Assembly: GCF_001194135.2 (NCBI RefSeq) | Contig: NC_068987.1 | Coordinates: 76,389,882-76,427,637, forward strand | Origin: Octopus bimaculoides | Taxonomy: Eukaryota | Reading direction: 5' to 3' | DNA length: 37,756 bases | Part shown: piece after piece, positions 33,390 through 37,756 of the stretch | How the letters are laid out: the number at the start of each line of letters is the position of its first letter | Numbering within the stretch: the first letter of the stretch is position 1 | Notes under the pieces: model-generated | The model's input: only the letters and a program-made list of their open reading frames with translations | Database searches by the model: none | What the model was told of the DNA's origin: nothing | Program-made: the position numbers and the translations under genes

Positions 33390-33518
33390 GCACATGCTTT
33401 GGCCTGGGTTATTGTAGCAGACACTTTTCCAAGGTGCCATAAAATGCCACACTGTATAACTGAAAACTAAACCACTTAATTTGCAAGTGAAGTTCTTAAC
33501 TGCTCAGCCACGACTGCA
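33390..33518 (-). mobile_element. SINE family A, 5' half, strongly decayed
   Basis: GCAGACACTTTTCCAAGGTGCC...TTCTTAACTGCTCAGCCAC. Confidence 0.6.
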
Positions 33519-34676
33519 TATAAAATGTGTGTTTGTGTGTATGTGTGTGTATATATATATGTCTGTATATATGGACATGCGAATGTGTTTTTCTATGCGA
33601 CCAAATCTCCCAAACTACATCAAACTATAGAAATTTCTATTAGTAATTGATTCAAAGACAAACTCCAGTATTCAACAAGGATCCTTTAGATCTTTAGTTT
33701 GATACTCTATCTCTCTCTACCTCTCACACAAATCAGCTCTTTCAACTCTCTCACATCAGCTCTTTCAACTATGAGCCAATATGCTTACAGTTTATAGTAA
33801 TATTTACTGTATGTGCTCTTAAGCTGCACCACCACCACCACCACCAACACTACAATTTGGTATTGAAGCTTGATGCAAAATTTTCTTTTCCCTTAAAATT
33901 TCAGCTTTCCCCTTTGTATAATGTTGTACCCCAGCTTTTTCAGTTAAAAAATCAAGTATAAAAATGGTGCAAACTTATATGTATATACATACATATGCAT
34001 GTATGTGTATGTATATAACTGTGTGTGTGTGTGTGTGTGTGTGACATTGCATGGTTGCAAAAATGAGCTTAACAGAAATTCAGTTGTTGGTCAGCCTGTG
34101 GGGAAACTAAAGCTAAAACTTGCCCCCAACTTGTACAATGCTGTTCAGCCTCTTTTTTTCTTCTTTTTTCTCTTAACTATGTCTGACCTGGAACTGATGT
34201 CAACTCTTTCGGATTTACTTCAGCTCATGATGGAAGGATTTACCTCTCTCTGCATAGTAGTGCAATCTGATAGGTGTACCAACTGAATTTTCTTCAAATC
34301 ACACACTACCATTGTAAATTAGGAAAGGATGTGATACCTTGGAATGTGTTTGTGTAATATGTGTTTCTGTTTGTTTTTATATAAAGTTANNNNNNNNNNN
34401 NNNNNNNNNNNNNNNNNNNNNNNNNNNNNNNNNNNNNNNNNNNNNNNNNNNNNNNNNNNNNNNNNNNNNNNNNNNNNNNNNNNNNNNNNNNNNNNNNNNN
34501 NNNNNNNNNNNNNNNNNNNNNNNNNNNNNNNNNNNNNNNNNNNNNNNNNNNNNNNNNNNNNNNNNNNNNNNNNNNNNNNNNNNNNNNNNNNNNNNNNNNN
34601 NNNNNNNNNNNNNNNNNNNNNNNNNNNNNNNNNNNNNNNNNNNNNNNNNNNNNNNNNNNNNNNNNNNNNNNNNNNN

Positions 34677-34721
<45 letters not shown>

Positions 34722-34761
34722 AAAGGGAGAAAGTTGGGTAGCATCTGTTGACTTGCAGACC

Positions 34762-35029
34762 CTTTTTCTTTTCTTTTTACTGGTTTCAGTCATTTGACTG
34801 CGGCCATGCTGGAGCACCGCCTTTTTTTCAGTCGAGCAAATCGACCCAGGACTTATTCTTTGTAAGCCTAGCACTTATTTTATCGGTCTCTTTTTGCCGA
34901 ACTGCTAATGTTACGGGGAAGTAAACACCCCATGTCAAACGATGTTGGGGGACAAACGCACACACACACACACACACAACGGGATTCTTTCAGTTTCTGT
35001 CTTCCAAATCCACTCACAAGGCTTTGGTC
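34762..35029 (-). mobile_element. SINE family A, head missing
   Basis: Collinear from the tail to CACAAGGCTTTGGTCA. Confidence 0.9.
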
Positions 35030-35669
35030 ACTGGAGAACATCTTTGATGATTATATATAACCACTTGAAATAACTCGGTTGGGAGAGCATTATACTGAAT
35101 TAATGGTGATCCTTATAACATCTTGAAGAAAATGGCCCAGACTTCAGTTTTTTCTACTAGCATACGCACTGTATGTGTGTGTGTGTGTCATTATTATCAT
35201 TGTTTTTACTTCCACTTTTCAATGCTTGCATGATGCAGATTTCTATTGTCTGATACCCTTTTATATCATCATTCCTCATCTGTCTCCAAGCAAATTATTT
35301 TCTATTGGTTACACGTGTTTTTTGTGAAGAGGTATGACATTGACACTAGTTTTACAACTGTCATGTGTCATCAAAACTGAGTACACGTGTATGCCCACAT
35401 AACCCCCACCACACACATATATCCTTCTTTTAAATTCTGCTTATCGAATGCTCTCACAAGTAGCGTATGCCTAGAGGGGAAGGCACCTACCCAAGGTGGT
35501 ATTTAGTGGAACTGAATTTCAAACCAGTCAGTTGGAAACCCAACTTCTTAACCACACTGTCATTACTTTGTACCTGTATTGCCTTATCCATCTTTCTCTC
35601 ATATACTCGCAAACATACGCACACGCATACTTGCATAAACACACGTCACCTTAATTTGATACAAAAAAA

Positions 35670-35830
35670 GCACCCAGCGTGCACTGTAAAGTGGTCTGTG
35701 TTAGGTGAGGCATCCAGCTGTAGAAACCGTAACCAAAGTAGCCAGTTGGGCACAACAGTCATTGATCAGTCAGATTCTCTCAAACCATTTAACTCATACC
35801 AGCATAGATTGGATGTTTTATGATGATGAT
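35670..35830 (+). mobile_element. SINE family D 3' part, diverged
   Basis: GGCATCCAGCTGTAGAAACC ... (GAT)n tail. Confidence 0.7.
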
Positions 35831-35910
35831 TTGATATATATATATATATATATATATATAGAGGACAGTATTGTAGTTTGCTTGAAGCATTGTGTATTGT
35901 TTGTAAAGAA

Positions 35911-36134
35911 TAAAAAGTTCTGAACGGTACAACAGTACACTATAATACAAAAAAATGGACTATATACCTGTTGTAATTTAGTTATTTATTGTCCGATGAT
36001 ATTTCGGAATACAATTCCTTCTTCAGATATTCTTAGATGGAGTCGCTGCTGGACTATAGATAACTAAATTACAACAGGTATAGAGTCTATTTTTTTGTAT
36101 TATGGTGCATTGTTGTACCATTCAAAACTTTTTA
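35911..36134. repeat. 84-bp inverted repeat (arms 35911-35994 and 36051-36134) with a 56-nt loop
   Basis: Manual alignment gives 9 mismatches in 84 bp and no indels. Confidence 0.93.
35995..36030 (-). ncRNA. Minimal Penelope-type hammerhead ribozyme motif
   Basis: Minus strand AT-CTGAAGA-A-GGAAT-TGT-ATTCC-GAAA-TATC-ATC: intact core, 5-bp helix II, palindromic ATAT helix III, AUC site; helix I has only 2 bp. Confidence 0.65.
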
Positions 36135-36341
36135 ATATATATATATATATAATGTAGCAATAAGAAAATGGAGGGGAATATGTGGTACTCATATTATCTC
36201 TTAGTGGGTTGGATTCACAACCCCTAGCTTTTGGGGNNNNNNNNNNNNNNNNNNNNNNNNNNNNNNNNNNNNNNNNNNNNNNNNNNNNNNNNNNNNNNNN
36301 NNNNNNNNNNNATATATATATATATATAAAATGTATGTATA

Positions 36342-36690
36342 CATCATCATCATCATCATCGTTTAACGTCCGCTTTCCATGCTAGCATGGGTTGGACGAT
36401 TTGACAGGACTGGTGCAACCGGATGGCTACACCAGGCTCCAATCTGATTTGGCAGAGTTTCTACAGCTGGATGCCCTTCCTAACGCCAACCACTCAGAGA
36501 GTGTAGTGGGTGCTTTTACGTGTCACCCGCACGAAAACGGCCACGCTCGAAATGATGTCTTTTATGTGCCACCCGCACAAGAGCCAGTCCAGGGGCACTG
36601 GCAACGATCTCGCTCGAAAACCCTACAAGGCCAGTCAGGCGGTACTGGCAACGGTCACGCTCAGGATGGTACATCTTATGTGCCACCCGA
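36342..36690 (-). mobile_element. SINE family D, long copy with internal modular repeats
   Basis: (GAT)n tail; GGTTGGCGTTAGGAAGGGCATCCAGCTGTAG domain; repeated TTTTA(C/T)GTG(T/C)CACCC modules. Confidence 0.85.
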
Positions 36691-37361
36691 CATATTATAA
36701 GTGGGGAGAGATTTTCTGATACCTGCTGTGTTGGGTATAATATTTACACATTATGCATATTACTCTTGACTTCTTTACAGCTAGATTCTTGTTTGTGTTT
36801 TGATTTAAATAGCTGCTACAAGTTCTCTTTGTGGACAGAAAGATGATGGCTAACTTATCTACTTAGGAGTTTCTCAAATGAGCTTTTATTTTTTTCTGTA
36901 TTTGCATTTGTTTACAGTGACAACTTTGAAAAAAAAAAAAGAAAACAATGTTTTACTACATCAAATTTTATTTTAAAGTTTCTCAAACATACTATAAGTA
37001 TATTTATAAAAAAAACAACAACTTGTTAATCTATTAGATTATTGAAGAGTTTTATATCTGGCTTTTCAACGAATATCAATCACCAGACACCTGAAAAGCA
37101 ACACTAACCAATGTGTCATAAAGCACATTATGTTCTTTTAACTTCCTGTCGGTATGTTCAGTGTGTTCTGGGAAAATTCGCTTAGTCTATCAACTTGATG
37201 GATTAACATCGTTTTCTCAATACACGTACATGTGTATATTTGTGACTGCATTTATACATATTTTTGCCTTTTTCATACATGTAACTTGCAAGTGTGTGTG
37301 TGTATATATACACAAATGCGTTTACTTTCTATGTATCCTCATCACCATCATATAATACTGT

Positions 37362-37567
37362 ATTACTTGTTTCAGTCATTTGATTGTGGCCATGCTGGAG
37401 CACTGCATTTAGTCGAGCAAATCGACCCCAGGACTTATTCTTTGGAAGCCTAGTATTCTATCGGTCTCATTTGCCGAACCGCTAAGTTATGGGGACGTAC
37501 ACACACCAGCATCGGTTGTCAAGCGATGTTGGAGGGGAAAAACAGACACACAAACACACACACACAT
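37362..37567 (-). mobile_element. SINE family A, 3' half
   Basis: Interrupted at the central CA/TA repeat by the next element. Confidence 0.9.
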
Positions 37568-37568
37568 A

Positions 37569-37756
37569 TCTATATATATATAAAAATGAGAATGTGTGTC
37601 TGTCTGTCTGTGTGTGTGAATCCCTAAAACTCGAGAACTACGCAACCAATTTCATTCAAATTTTACAGATGCCTTACTTAGGGTTCCAGTTGTGTTTTAG
37701 TCAAAAAAAAATTTTTAACTTCTTGCAGAGTTCGAGCCCACGGCAACATAATATCT
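37569..37756 (+). mobile_element. 5' end of a non-autonomous Helitron-like element (runs off the window)
   Basis: A|TC terminus, TCTATATATATATAAAAATG, (GTCT)n, then CTAAAACTCGAGAAC...CCAATTTCATTCAAATTT, the layout of insect Lep1-type Helitrons. Confidence 0.6.

Noticed and set aside
36392-36719. 102-aa and 69-aa ORFs
   Set aside because: Antisense readings of SINE D, kept open by its higher GC content.

Overview
AT-rich, repeat-dense animal genomic DNA from a gapped scaffold (N runs at 946-955, 7910-8830, 20747-20775, 23086-23095, 29460-29944, 30470-30570, 34390-34676, 36237-36310). The SINE repertoire and microsatellite load look like an octopus/cephalopod genome; this is inferred from family recognition, not searched. 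No host protein-coding exon could be identified by homology, and nearly all listed ORFs are microsatellite, low-complexity, N-gap or antisense-TE artefacts. Supported content: many tRNA-derived SINEs of about five families, two RLE-type (R4/Dong-like) LINE 3' ends inside a (CATA)n array, mariner/Tc1/pogo and hAT derivatives, a Helitron-like 5' end, an RT remnant and microsatellites. Most interesting: (i) several different Penelope-type hammerhead ribozyme motifs, one filling the loop of an 84-bp inverted repeat (35911-36134), one near-complete with an extended helix II (27473-27567), and one fused behind a tRNA-like head (1962-2168); (ii) a 156-bp palindrome with TTAGGG repeats in its loop (21885-22040); (iii) a switch from CpG-rich to CpG-poor DNA near 22.3-23.5 kb, with strand-biased SINEs to its right, suggesting the start of a methylated gene body; (iv) isolated splice/ATG signals that may mark host exons.
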